A stretch of 64,000 bases of DNA. Source: an uncultured Maribacter sp. (GTDB taxonomy: Bacteria > Bacteroidota > Bacteroidia > Flavobacteriales > Flavobacteriaceae). Below are positions 46,896 through 57,489 of this stretch, in pieces. The DNA lies in contig NZ_CANMTX010000008.1 in the NCBI RefSeq assembly GCF_947500985.1, positions 59,669 through 123,668 of the forward strand. The letters are read 5' to 3'. The notes under the pieces are model-generated. The model made no database searches. It was not told the origin of the DNA and saw only the letters and a program-made list of their open reading frames with translations. A program made the position numbers and the translations under genes. The first letter of the stretch is position 1. The number at the start of each line of letters is the position of its first letter.

Positions 46896-47495
46896 CCAGA
46901 ATCTTACGGTTAATAACTGAGATAATAGTCCTATAAAAAGACCGATTACAACTTCTATACTGGTATGTGCCTTAAGATATAGTCTGGCAGTTATTATACC
47001 CCCCGTACAAGCGATAAGCAAACTGATTGCTATTATAAGGTTGATCTCAAAATGGATGCTCAAATTAATGAGATACATTAAAAGACCACTTATGCCAACA
47101 GTATGTAGGCTAGTTTTAAAATTAAATAATAGTAATAGTATACAGGCTATTGTAGCGCCTAACAACCCCGTAAAGTAAAAATAAAGCTCACTTACGTAAT
47201 TGTTTGGAATGACTTTATAAAGTATTAAAAGGAGAATAGACGCGTGAATATAAAGCGGGTATTTTCTTTCTTGAATAGAGTTTAAAGTAATGGAATGTAC
47301 TAAACCCAAATTCTTCAATATTAAAAAAGTTATTATCGGAATAACAACGGTTAATATAAAAATGGGTAATATGCTCGCACTTTGAATTTCTAATGGGGTA
47401 AATTTTGGAGTGATTAGAAAATAGGCGACAGTACCTCCGATAGGAATAAACAGCGGGTGAAATAAGTAGGAAATAAGATTGGAAAAAACCTTCAT
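46890..47495 (-). CDS. Multi-pass membrane protein (PAP2-like)
   Basis: SYLFHPLF, ERKYP, SLHTVG and RLYLKAHT motifs; about 6 TM helices. Confidence 0.75.
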   Translation of the reverse strand: MKVFSNLISYLFHPLFIPIGGTVAYFLITPKFTPLEIQSASILPIFILTVVIPIITFLILKNLGLVHSITLNSIQERKYPLYIHASILLLILYKVIPNNYVSELYFYFTGLLGATIACILLLLFNFKTSLHTVGISGLLMYLINLSIHFEINLIIAISLLIACTGGIITARLYLKAHTSIEVVIGLFIGLLSQLLTVRFWL

Positions 47496-48952
47496 TAAAT
47501 TTCTTTTCTCATACGTGCAACAGGTATGCTTAACTGCTCTCTGTATTTAGCTACTGTTCTTCTAGCAATGGGATATCCTTTTTCCTTTAAAATAGCAGCA
47601 AGTTTGTCATCTGTCAATGGCTTTTTCTTTGTCTCATTTTGAATAACTGTTTCTAAAATCTTCTTTATTTCTTTTGTAGAAACATCTTCTCCTTGTTCAT
47701 TTTTCATTGACTCAGAGAAATATTCTTTTATCAACTTGGTACCATAAGGAGTGTCAACATATTTGCTGTTTGCAACCCTAGATACAGTTGAAACATCCAT
47801 TCCTATTTTATCTGCAATATCTTTTAGAATCATAGGTCTCAAGTTACGCTCATCACCAGTAAGAAAATATTCTTTTTGATATTGCATAATTGAGTTCATT
47901 GTAATAAACAGCGTCTGTTGGCGCTGTCTAATAGCATCAATAAACCATTTTGCAGCGTCTAACTTCTGCTTAATAAACATAACAGTGTCTTTTTGAGACT
48001 TAGACTTGTCTTTGGCTTCTTTGTAGCCCTTAAGCATATTGCTATACTCTCTAGATACGTGTAGCTCTGGTGCATTTCTACCATTTAGTGTTAGCTCTAA
48101 TTCACCTTCAGTAATTCTAATGGCAAAATCAGGTACTACATGCTCTACAATTCTATTGTTTCCAGAATATGAACCACCTGGTTTTGGATTCAGTTTTTCA
48201 ATTTCTCCAATTGCAGCTTTTAGCTCGTCTTCGGTAATATTATGTTTCTGAATTAATTTTTGGTAGTGCTTCTTGGTAAAGTGTTCAAAAGACTTTTTAA
48301 GAATCGCAGTGGCAAGCTCAATGCTAGGGGTAATTTCTTTACGCTCTAGTTGTATTATTAAACACTCTTCTAATGATCTAGCGCCAACTCCGGGCGGATC
48401 TAACTCTTGTACTATAGAAAGTATTTTTGTAATGGTTTCTTCATCTGTGTAAATGTTTTGGGTAAAGGCCAAATCATCCATGATATCGGCGATAGGTCTA
48501 CGAATGTATCCGCTTTCATCTACACTGCCTACTAGAAACTCGGCAATATTCCACTCGTCATCGGTAAGATAAACGGTATTCAGTTGATTTATTAAATGCT
48601 GATTAAATGAAATACCGGCTGCGTAAGGCACACTTTTCTCTTCATCATCTGAGCTATAGTTGTTCGCTTTGGTACGATAATCAGGAATTTCATCATCACT
48701 TAGGTAATCATCTATATTGATATCTTCGGTGTTGATGGTTTCGTTGTCTGATGTGTCATCGTAAACATCATCATACTCATCATTCGTATTTTCTACATCT
48801 TCTTTACCGGTTTCTAAAGCCGGATTCTCTTCTAATTCTTGCTTGAGACGTTGTTCAAATGCCTGCGTAGGCAATTGAATCAACTTCATCAATTGAATTT
48901 GCTGTGGAGATAACTTTTGAGATAATTTAAATGATAGGTGTTGTTTCAGCAT
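47495..48952 (-). CDS. rpoN: RNA polymerase sigma-54 factor
   Basis: QKLSPQQIQ, STVSRVANSKY and RpoN box ARRTVAKYRE. Confidence 0.97.
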   Translation of the reverse strand: MLKQHLSFKLSQKLSPQQIQLMKLIQLPTQAFEQRLKQELEENPALETGKEDVENTNDEYDDVYDDTSDNETINTEDINIDDYLSDDEIPDYRTKANNYSSDDEEKSVPYAAGISFNQHLINQLNTVYLTDDEWNIAEFLVGSVDESGYIRRPIADIMDDLAFTQNIYTDEETITKILSIVQELDPPGVGARSLEECLIIQLERKEITPSIELATAILKKSFEHFTKKHYQKLIQKHNITEDELKAAIGEIEKLNPKPGGSYSGNNRIVEHVVPDFAIRITEGELELTLNGRNAPELHVSREYSNMLKGYKEAKDKSKSQKDTVMFIKQKLDAAKWFIDAIRQRQQTLFITMNSIMQYQKEYFLTGDERNLRPMILKDIADKIGMDVSTVSRVANSKYVDTPYGTKLIKEYFSESMKNEQGEDVSTKEIKKILETVIQNETKKKPLTDDKLAAILKEKGYPIARRTVAKYREQLSIPVARMRKEI

Positions 48953-48990
48953 TACTTTATTCTAGTACTGGTAAAAGTAACTAAATCCGC

Positions 48991-50424
48991 TTAAAATTCG
49001 GCATTCTGTGGCGTTCTTGGAAACGGAATTACATCTCTAATATTACCCATACCTGTTGCGAAAAGAACTAAACGTTCAAAACCAAGACCAAATCCACTAT
49101 GTTCTGCAGTTCCGAATTTTCTTAAATCAAGATACCACCATAATTCTTTCTCGTCGATACCCAATTCTTTAATTTTCTCTTTTAAAACATCTAAGCGCTC
49201 TTCTCTTTGCGATCCACCAACGATTTCACCAATACCAGGAAATAAAATATCCATAGCTCTTACGGTTTTTCCGTCTTCATTTAAACGCATGTAGAAAGCT
49301 TTAATTTTGGCTGGATAATCAAATAATATTACCGGACATTTAAAATGCTTTTCTACTAAGTAACGCTCATGCTCGCTTTGTAGATCTGTACCCCACTCTT
49401 CAATAGGATAAGTAAATTTTTTCTTTTTGTTAGGCTTACAGTTTTTAAGGATATCTATAGCCTCGGTATAACTAACTCTTTTGAAGTTGTTATCGGCAAC
49501 GAACTTTAATTTTTCGATTAAAGGCATATCGCTACGTTGCGCTTGTGGTTTGCTTTTTTCCTCGTCTATTAATCTCTTCTCTAAAAACTCTAAATCTTCT
49601 TGACAATGCGTCAAGGTGTAAGAAATAACGTTTTTAATAAAGTCTTCTGCTAGGTCCATATTAGCATCTAAATCGAAAAATGCCATTTCCGGTTCAATCA
49701 TCCAAAACTCAGCTAAATGCCTGGAAGTATTTGAGTTTTCGGCTCTAAATGTAGGTCCAAATGTATAAACTTTACCTAATGCCATGGCATAAGCCTCGGC
49801 TTCTAATTGACCAGATACGGTTAAGTTGGTTTCTTTTCCGAAAAAGTCTTCTTTATAATTAACATCTCCATCTTCCGTAAGTGGAGGATTTTTCTCATCT
49901 AAAGTAGTGACACGAAACATTTCTCCTGCACCTTCAGCATCAGATCCCGTGATAATAGGCGCGTGGAAGTAGTTGAAACCGTTTTCTCTAAAATAGCTGT
50001 GAATGGCAAAAGATAAGGTAGACCTAACACGCATAATTGCAGCGAAAGTGTTAGTTCTAATTCTTAAATGTGCCTTTTCTCTTAAGAATTCTAAAGAGTG
50101 CTTTTTTGGTTGAATAGGATATTCTTCGGGATCAGCAATACCCAATACTTCTAAAGCACTTACTTGAATCTCTACAGATTGTCCGCGTCCTTGACTTTCA
50201 ACAAGTGTACCTGTAATTTTTAATGCAGCACCAGTATTTACTTTCTTTAATAATTCTTCATCAAAATTTTCAAAATCAACTACACATTGAATAGTGCCTA
50301 AAGTAGATCCATCATTTAATGCGATAAATCTATTGCTTCTAAAGGTTCGTACCCAACCTTTAATAGTTACTTCTTGTAATAAGTTTTTACTTGCTAGTAA
50401 TTCTTTTATTGTTGCTAAACGCAT
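48991..50424 (-). CDS. asnS: Asparagine-tRNA ligase
   Basis: [26 protein letters not shown] and [17 protein letters not shown] promoter element (minus) at 50450-50457. Confidence 0.97.
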   Translation of the reverse strand: MRLATIKELLASKNLLQEVTIKGWVRTFRSNRFIALNDGSTLGTIQCVVDFENFDEELLKKVNTGAALKITGTLVESQGRGQSVEIQVSALEVLGIADPEEYPIQPKKHSLEFLREKAHLRIRTNTFAAIMRVRSTLSFAIHSYFRENGFNYFHAPIITGSDAEGAGEMFRVTTLDEKNPPLTEDGDVNYKEDFFGKETNLTVSGQLEAEAYAMALGKVYTFGPTFRAENSNTSRHLAEFWMIEPEMAFFDLDANMDLAEDFIKNVISYTLTHCQEDLEFLEKRLIDEEKSKPQAQRSDMPLIEKLKFVADNNFKRVSYTEAIDILKNCKPNKKKKFTYPIEEWGTDLQSEHERYLVEKHFKCPVILFDYPAKIKAFYMRLNEDGKTVRAMDILFPGIGEIVGGSQREERLDVLKEKIKELGIDEKELWWYLDLRKFGTAEHSGFGLGFERLVLFATGMGNIRDVIPFPRTPQNAEF

Positions 50425-50514
50425 GATATTGAATTGAAAATTAAAGTCCCAAAGATAGGATTTTGTTAAAAAATAAAGAGTTTAAAATGCGATATAAACG
50501 AAGCTGAAATAATT

Positions 50515-52905
50515 TTATTGGTTATTATTTTCATCTTGGGGTAAAATATCTATTTGCGGCTTTTTAAGTGTTTGCTTGTTTGCGATACTTTTTTCTAAGG
50601 ATAATAGTAAAGAAGGTAACAAAATTAAGTTTGCCAACATCGCAAGTAATAGTGTTGCAGAAACCAGTGAACCCAGTGCTACGGTACCACCGAAATTAGA
50701 TATTACAAATACAGAGAAGCCAAAGAACAAAACAATAGAGGTGTAGAACATACTAACTCCAGTTTCTCTTAATGCATTATAAACCGATTTTTCTATTCGC
50801 CAATTATTTGCGGTGAGTTCTTGCCTATACTTTGCGAGAAAGTGTATGGTGTCATCGACCGAAATACCAAATGCAATACTAAATACTAATATGGTAGATG
50901 GTTTTATAGGTACACCCACAAAGCCCATTATTCCGGCAGTTATGACTAAGGGCAATAAATTAGGTATCAATGAAATTACAATCATTCTGAACGATCGAAA
51001 CAAATAGGCCATGAATAATGCAATTAGTCCAATTGCCAAAGCAAGAGACATAATTAGATTTTTAACAAGATACTTTGTTCCTTTTAAGAATAACAACGCA
51101 CTACCAGTCATGTAAACGTTGTAACGTTCTGCAGGGAATATTTTCGTGATATTCTCTTGCAACCGTTGTTCAATTTCTTCCATGCGGCTGGTGTTGACAT
51201 CTCGCATGAACGTGGTCATTCTAGCTGTTTGACCAGTGCTGTCAACAAAAGATTTTAGTAAATCTCCGTTATCACCAGATTTACGGGCAACATCCATGAT
51301 GAAGGTATTTTCTTGACTGGTGGGTAATTGATAATATTTAGGAATGCCATTATAAAAAGCCTGCTTAGAATACTTTACCAAATTCACTACGGAAACTGGA
51401 GTTGAAAGTTCTGGTATTTCTTCTATAACCTCTCCAAGCTGATTCATACGTTTAAGAGTAGTTGATTTTAAAACACCTTTAGGGGCTTTCGTATCTACAA
51501 CGATTTCAACAGGCATAATACCTTTGAACTCTTTTTCAAAAAAACGTATGTCATGAAAGAATTCTGCATTCTTCGGCATATCTTCAATTGGGCTACCTGA
51601 TATTCTTATCTGATAAATACCAATAATACTTATTACAAGTAAAGAGATAGAAACAATATATACTGTAATTCTTCTATGTCTTACTATACGTTCCATCCAT
51701 TGAACAAAGGCATCTATCCATTTTTTGTTTAAGTGTTTTAAATGCTTTGTTTTTGGTAGCGGCATAAAACTATAAACAATAGGGATAATAAGTAGCGATA
51801 AAATAAATATGCCTAATATGTTAATGGAAGCTACAATACCAAATTCTTTTAGCAATGTACTGTCTGTTACAATGAAAGTAGCAAAACCAGATGCTGTGGT
51901 AATATTTGTCATCAAGGTTGCATTTCCAATTTTAGAAATAACGCGTTGTAATGAAAGTGCCTGATTACCGTGTTTTTTTACTTCTTGTTGGTATTTATTA
52001 ATTAAGAAAATACAGTTAGGGATACCGATAACAATGATTAGTGGTGGTATAAGTGCTGTAAGAACTGTAATTTCATATTGTAGCAAGCCAAGTAAACCAA
52101 AAGCCCACATTACACCTATTATAACTACACACATAGAAATTATCGTAGCTCGAATACTTCTAAAGAAAAAGAAGAAAATTAATGAAGTAACACCAAGAGC
52201 TGCCAGAATAAATTTACCAATTTCATCAATAATATTCTGAGAATTCATTGTCCTCACATACGGCATACCAGATATATGAACATCTAAATTTGTTTCTTCT
52301 TCAAACTTTTTAACTAGTGTATTTATATCTTGTAAAATAAAGTCTTTTCTGACCGAGGTATTGACAATGTCCTTATCTAGATTAACAATAGTTCTTATTG
52401 TTTTACTTTCTTTATTGTATAGAAGGTTGTCGTAGAAAGGGAGGTCATTGAATAGATGATTGGTAATACTATCTATTTCCTTTTTAGTCTTTAGTTCGCC
52501 ATTTATTAAAGGGCGCATTACAAATTCTTGCTTTTCGTTATCCTTTATTAGCTCTTTTAAATTATCTGTTGAGATAACAAATTCTACCTCTGGGAAAGCA
52601 GCAAGTTGTTTGCTTAATTTATTCCATCGGTTAAAATTATCAGGTGTAAATAGAGCGCTGTCACGTACGGCAAAAACGACTGCATTTCCTTCTTCACCAA
52701 ATTTGCTAAGAAAATCTTGGTATTGAATATTTACCGGGTGGTCATCTGGTAGTAGATTTGTCTGCGAACTTGAAAAACGCATATATTGCCATTGCCACCC
52801 CATGAAAATGGTAAAAGCGGCAATTAAGAGTAAAATTAGGATTCTATTTCGTAGAATTATGTTTGCCGTTTTAGGCCAAAATCCCTTCGTTAGTTTAGCT
52901 ACCAT
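50515..52905 (-). CDS. MMPL/RND family transporter
   Basis: Two repeated TM blocks, IGIPNCIFL and GISVDDTIHF motifs; ATG 52905 preferred; TACCTTTG element at 52924-52931. Confidence 0.88.
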   Translation of the reverse strand: MVAKLTKGFWPKTANIILRNRILILLLIAAFTIFMGWQWQYMRFSSSQTNLLPDDHPVNIQYQDFLSKFGEEGNAVVFAVRDSALFTPDNFNRWNKLSKQLAAFPEVEFVISTDNLKELIKDNEKQEFVMRPLINGELKTKKEIDSITNHLFNDLPFYDNLLYNKESKTIRTIVNLDKDIVNTSVRKDFILQDINTLVKKFEEETNLDVHISGMPYVRTMNSQNIIDEIGKFILAALGVTSLIFFFFFRSIRATIISMCVVIIGVMWAFGLLGLLQYEITVLTALIPPLIIVIGIPNCIFLINKYQQEVKKHGNQALSLQRVISKIGNATLMTNITTASGFATFIVTDSTLLKEFGIVASINILGIFILSLLIIPIVYSFMPLPKTKHLKHLNKKWIDAFVQWMERIVRHRRITVYIVSISLLVISIIGIYQIRISGSPIEDMPKNAEFFHDIRFFEKEFKGIMPVEIVVDTKAPKGVLKSTTLKRMNQLGEVIEEIPELSTPVSVVNLVKYSKQAFYNGIPKYYQLPTSQENTFIMDVARKSGDNGDLLKSFVDSTGQTARMTTFMRDVNTSRMEEIEQRLQENITKIFPAERYNVYMTGSALLFLKGTKYLVKNLIMSLALAIGLIALFMAYLFRSFRMIVISLIPNLLPLVITAGIMGFVGVPIKPSTILVFSIAFGISVDDTIHFLAKYRQELTANNWRIEKSVYNALRETGVSMFYTSIVLFFGFSVFVISNFGGTVALGSLVSATLLLAMLANLILLPSLLLSLEKSIANKQTLKKPQIDILPQDENNNQ

Positions 52906-52986
52906 AACTGTTTTTGCAGGTCGCAAAGGTAACTATTAGCTACATCTGTTCCTAAATTGAAAAGTTTAAATTTTTTACAAAAAAAT

Positions 52987-53011
52987 AAAGCTACCTATTT
53001 GGGGTAGCTTT
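52987..53011 (-). terminator. Terminator after frr
   Basis: AAAGCTACCT-attt-GGGGTAGCTTT with upstream A run. Confidence 0.7.
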
Positions 53012-53035
53012 AAATGAATATTATTGATTCCTAGA

Positions 53036-53590
53036 TTATACTTTCATGATTTCCGCCTCTTTTTTATCCAAGAAATCTTCAATTTTCTTTGTGAAGACAT
53101 CAGTTAAATCTTGTACATCGGCAGTGGCATTTTTTTGTAAATCTTCAGAAATATCTAAATCCTTAATTTCTTTATTTGCATCCTGTCTTGCACTTCGTAC
53201 ACCAACTTTTGCATGTTCCGCTTCTGCCTTAGCTTGTTTTGTAAGCTGTATCCTGCGCTCTTCTGTCAATGGTGGAACGTTGATAATAATCATATCGCCA
53301 TTGTTCATAGGGTTAAAACCTAGGTTGGCGTTCATTATCGCTTTTTCAATTTCTTGGAGCATGTTTTTTTCCCATGGTTGAACAGAAATTGTTCTACCAT
53401 CTGGGGTGTTCACATTGGCTACTTGAGATAGCGGAGTTTGTGATCCATAATAATCAACCATTACAGCTGATAACATGGCAGGGCTGGCTTTACCAGCTCT
53501 AATCTTTAAAAATGCGCGTTCTAAATGAGCTATAGCGGCGTTCATGCCTTCTTTTGTAGCGTCTAAAACAAATTCTACTTCTTCGTTCAT
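53036..53590 (-). CDS. frr: Ribosome recycling factor
   Basis: IRAGKASP, VDYYG and PPLTEERR motifs. Confidence 0.97.
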   Translation of the reverse strand: MNEEVEFVLDATKEGMNAAIAHLERAFLKIRAGKASPAMLSAVMVDYYGSQTPLSQVANVNTPDGRTISVQPWEKNMLQEIEKAIMNANLGFNPMNNGDMIIINVPPLTEERRIQLTKQAKAEAEHAKVGVRSARQDANKEIKDLDISEDLQKNATADVQDLTDVFTKKIEDFLDKKEAEIMKV

Positions 53591-53635
53591 ATAATAAGAA
53601 TATTACTATCGCAATAACATAAACTATACCGAGAA

Positions 53636-54343
53636 TTATAGGTTGACCGTTGTACCAATAGTTTGGCCGTCAACAATTTTCAGTAAGTTTCCTTTTTTGT
53701 TCATATCAAAAACTACGATAGGTAGTTCATTTTCTTGACTAAGGGTGAAAGCTGTGGTATCCATAACCTTTAGTCCTTTTGTAAGTACTTCCGAAAAAGA
53801 GATAGTATCAAATTTCGTAGCGCTTTTATCTTTTTCTGGATCAGCTGTGTAAATACCATCTACACGTGTACCTTTAAGTATTACATCAGCTTCTATTTCA
53901 ATAGCACGTAAAACGGCTGCAGAATCTGTTGTGAAATATGGATTACCAGTTCCTCCACCAAAGATAACAACTCTTCCTTTCTCTAGATGCCTCATGGCTC
54001 TTCTTCTAATGAAAGGCTCGGCAACTTCGTTGATTTTTATAGCAGATTGTAATCTGGTTTGTACACCGTTCATTTCTAAAGCACTCTGTAGTGCCAAGCC
54101 GTTAATAACGGTTGCTAGCATGCCCATGTGGTCGCCTTGAACTCTGTCCATACCAGTTGCAGCACCTGCTAAACCACGAAAGATATTTCCTCCGCCAATA
54201 ACAATAGCTACTTCTATACCTTTTTCAACTACTTCTTTAATTTCTTCTGCATACTCGTTTAGACGATTAGAGTCTATTCCGTATTGCTTTTCGCCCATTA
54301 AGGCTTCACCGCTTAGTTTTAGAAGAATTCTTTTGTAGTGCAT
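53636..54343 (-). CDS. pyrH: UMP kinase
   Basis: [28 protein letters not shown] and [15 protein letters not shown] element (minus) at 54364-54371. Confidence 0.97.
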   Translation of the reverse strand: MHYKRILLKLSGEALMGEKQYGIDSNRLNEYAEEIKEVVEKGIEVAIVIGGGNIFRGLAGAATGMDRVQGDHMGMLATVINGLALQSALEMNGVQTRLQSAIKINEVAEPFIRRRAMRHLEKGRVVIFGGGTGNPYFTTDSAAVLRAIEIEADVILKGTRVDGIYTADPEKDKSATKFDTISFSEVLTKGLKVMDTTAFTLSQENELPIVVFDMNKKGNLLKIVDGQTIGTTVNL

Positions 54344-54498
54344 CTTAATTTTTTATTTGCCGTCAAAAATAATGAAAATATTTGATGGGTACGGTCTATA
54401 TTTAATCGAAGCATTACTTAATTCGCTAAGTTAGGGTCGTAACATATTATCTATCTTTGATATCATTGATGTTTAAATATTCACTTATGAAGTTTTTT

Positions 54499-56370
54499 AT
54501 GAAGAAAAATGTTTTAATTATTGCTTTTGCCCTAATATTAAATGCCTGTGGGGCAAGTAAGGCGCTTTTGTCTGTAGAAAATAGCCCAGTTGTCACTTCA
54601 ATAGATTTGGTAAATGTTGTTGACGATAAAGTTCAGGTAAGTATAAACCCTGGTGCATTTACTAGTTCTACAGTAGTATTCAGAATACCTAAAACAGTTC
54701 CGGGTACATATAGTTCAGATAATTACGGACAGTATATTGAAGATTTTGAGGCTCTTGATTATAAGGGTAATTTATTAAATAGCACGAAACTCGATGATAA
54801 TACTTGGAGTATCACTAGCGCCGTTCAATTAGATAAAGTACAGTATTGGGTTAATGATACCTATGATACCGAGAATGATGTTGCAGATGCGGTCTTTTCG
54901 CCTGCAGGTACCAACATTGCAAAGGGAAGTAATTTTATGCTTAACCTTCACGGATTTGTTGGTTATTTTGACGGATTTAAAGAAGTGTCGTATACAATAC
55001 AAATTAAAAAGCCCGCTGATTTAATTGCTACTACAACACTTTCAAGTGAGGTGGGTGAAAAGATTGATCCACTTTTAGATGCTTTTACTGCTAAGCGTTA
55101 TTTTGAAGTGATTGACAACCCTATAATGTATGCTAAACCGAATACAGAAACTTTTGAGATTAATGGTATTATAGTAACACTTAGTCTGTATTCTCCAAAT
55201 GACGTTTATAAAGCGGCAGATTTAAAAGATAGAATGGTTGCTATGATGGGTGCTCAAAAGAAGTTTTTGGGTGATGTCGATAGTACTAAAGAATATAATA
55301 TTTTATTATACATGTCTGATGTAAATATACCAGATGCTCATGGTTATGGGGCTTTAGAGCATCATACTTCTACAGTTGTTGTATTGCCAGAGGCAATGGA
55401 TATTGGTCGTTTAGAACAAGCAATGGTAGATGTGGTTTCTCATGAGTTTTTCCATATTGTTACTCCGCTATCGGTTCATTCTAAAGAGATTCAGTATTTC
55501 GATTTTAACGATCCAAAAATGTCAGAGCATTTATGGATGTATGAGGGAACTACAGAATATTTCGCCAACCTATTTCAGATTCAGCAGGGTCTAATTTCTG
55601 AGGAAGATTTTTATGAGCGTATGCTAGGTAAAATCACTAATTCTAAATTTTATGATGATAGTATGTCTTTTACTGTAATGAGTAAAAATATACTAGAACA
55701 ACCTTATGAGCCTAATTATGCCAATGTATATGAGAAAGGTGCCTTAATTAATATGTGTCTTGATATCATTTTAAGAGAAAAAAGTAATGGCGAAAAAGGG
55801 ATGCTTTGGTTAATGAAAGAATTATCGAAAAAATACGGTACCGATATTCCTTTTGAAGATGAAGCTTTGTTTCCTGAAATTGTTTCTATAACATATCCAG
55901 AAGTTGATGTGTTCTTTAAAGAGCATGTGATTGGTACTACACCTATTGATTATGATGCCTTTTTTGCTAAGGTTGGTTTAGCTACTAAAGATGTTGAAGA
56001 GACTACTGGTTACTTCTTTGATGGTCAAGTGCCATATATGGATGTAGATGTTCAAAATGATAGTGTCGTTTTTATTCGTGAGAATATTGAATTAAATTCT
56101 TTCTTCAATGATTTAAAGTTGAAAGGTGGTGATATTTTTAGAACTATAAATGAGCAAGAAATTAATTTAGAAACACTTCGTCCTATAATAGGGGAAAGTT
56201 TTGGGTGGACTCCAGAAACTGTTGTTAGTATGACTGTTGAAAGAGATGGTGAAATGATTTCTGTTTCTGGACCTGTTGGTCAACCGGTAAAGAAGGTTAA
56301 GAAGATAGTTGCTTTAGAGGGTGTTTCTGAAGAAACGGTAGCCTTGCGAAATGCCTGGTTGAAGAATTAG
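54499..56370 (+). CDS. M61 family (glycyl aminopeptidase-like) lipoprotein
   Basis: Lipobox LNAC from ATG 54499; GALEH, HEFFH and WMYEGTTEY motifs; TATCTTTG element at 54452-54459. Confidence 0.88.
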   Translation: MKKNVLIIAFALILNACGASKALLSVENSPVVTSIDLVNVVDDKVQVSINPGAFTSSTVVFRIPKTVPGTYSSDNYGQYIEDFEALDYKGNLLNSTKLDDNTWSITSAVQLDKVQYWVNDTYDTENDVADAVFSPAGTNIAKGSNFMLNLHGFVGYFDGFKEVSYTIQIKKPADLIATTTLSSEVGEKIDPLLDAFTAKRYFEVIDNPIMYAKPNTETFEINGIIVTLSLYSPNDVYKAADLKDRMVAMMGAQKKFLGDVDSTKEYNILLYMSDVNIPDAHGYGALEHHTSTVVVLPEAMDIGRLEQAMVDVVSHEFFHIVTPLSVHSKEIQYFDFNDPKMSEHLWMYEGTTEYFANLFQIQQGLISEEDFYERMLGKITNSKFYDDSMSFTVMSKNILEQPYEPNYANVYEKGALINMCLDIILREKSNGEKGMLWLMKELSKKYGTDIPFEDEALFPEIVSITYPEVDVFFKEHVIGTTPIDYDAFFAKVGLATKDVEETTGYFFDGQVPYMDVDVQNDSVVFIRENIELNSFFNDLKLKGGDIFRTINEQEINLETLRPIIGESFGWTPETVVSMTVERDGEMISVSGPVGQPVKKVKKIVALEGVSEETVALRNAWLKN

Positions 56371-56392
56371 GTAATAGTTAAAATATAATTAA

Positions 56393-56434
56393 ATAAAAAA
56401 ACCGTCTACTTTTTACAGTAAGACGGTTTTTTAT
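56393..56434. terminator. Bidirectional terminator between the M61 gene and tsf
   Basis: ATAAAAAAACCGTCT...AGACGGTTTTTTAT. Confidence 0.85.
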
Positions 56435-56453
56435 TGAGTTAGTTGTATTGTAA

Positions 56454-57419
56454 TTAACCTACAGTTACACGTTTAAAATCTAAAACAGAAACATCACCAT
56501 GAGATTCAACATATTTAGCTACGTTGATTTTCTCATCTTTAATGAAGTTTTGGTCTAATAAACATTGTTCTTGGTCCAAAGTTGTATTGTCAGATATGAA
56601 TCTTTCTAATTTACCAGGAAGAATCTTATCCCAGATTTGCTCTGGTTTACCTTCTGCTTTTAACTGCGCCTTAGCATCTTCTTCAGCTTGTGCAATAACT
56701 TCTGGAGTTAATTGCGCCATAGAAATGTACTGAGGTACGTTTTTAAGCGTCTTGCCCAAACGACCTAGTTCTTCGTTATCTTTTTCAATAACAGCAATTC
56801 TAGCTTCTGTTTCAGCTGCAACAAATTCAGGATCAAAATCTTTATAAGACAATGTAGTTGCGCCCATTGATGCAACTTGCATAGAAACGTCTTTTGCCAA
56901 TACATCAGCAGTTTCAACTTTTGCAGAAAGACCAACTAAAGCAGCAATCTTATTAATGTGAACGTAAGAACCAACATATGGTGCTTCTAATTTTTCAAAA
57001 GCTGTGATTTCTAATTTTTCACCAATAACACCAGTTTGTTCAACTAATTTTTCAGCAACGGTCATACCTCCAAAATCAGCAGCTAAAAGCTCTTCTTTAG
57101 AGTTACAGTTAAGTGCTATTTCAGCTAATTGGTTAGCAAGAGTAATAAAGTTCTCATTTTTACCAACGAAATCGGTTTCACAACCAAGTACTATAGCAAC
57201 ACCAACAGTTTCGTCAGAATTTAACTTAGCAATAGCGGCACCTTCAGAAGAATCTCTGTCTGCTCTTTTTGCTGCTACTTTCTGTCCTTTTTTACGAAGC
57301 ACTTCAATAGCTTTGTCGAAATCACCTTCGGCCTCAACCAAAGCGTTTTTACAATCCATCATTCCAGCGCCAGTCGCCTTTCTTAATTTATTTACTTCTG
57401 CGGCTGTAATTTTTGCCAT
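56454..57419 (-). CDS. tsf: Elongation factor Ts
   Basis: LRKATGAGMMDCK and CETDFV motifs. Confidence 0.98.
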   Translation of the reverse strand: MAKITAAEVNKLRKATGAGMMDCKNALVEAEGDFDKAIEVLRKKGQKVAAKRADRDSSEGAAIAKLNSDETVGVAIVLGCETDFVGKNENFITLANQLAEIALNCNSKEELLAADFGGMTVAEKLVEQTGVIGEKLEITAFEKLEAPYVGSYVHINKIAALVGLSAKVETADVLAKDVSMQVASMGATTLSYKDFDPEFVAAETEARIAVIEKDNEELGRLGKTLKNVPQYISMAQLTPEVIAQAEEDAKAQLKAEGKPEQIWDKILPGKLERFISDNTTLDQEQCLLDQNFIKDEKINVAKYVESHGDVSVLDFKRVTVG

Positions 57420-57489
57420 TTTATTTTCTTTTAGTATACCCGTTTTAATGGGTTGTTCTTAGATTTATTTATATCAAAAAAAGAATAAC

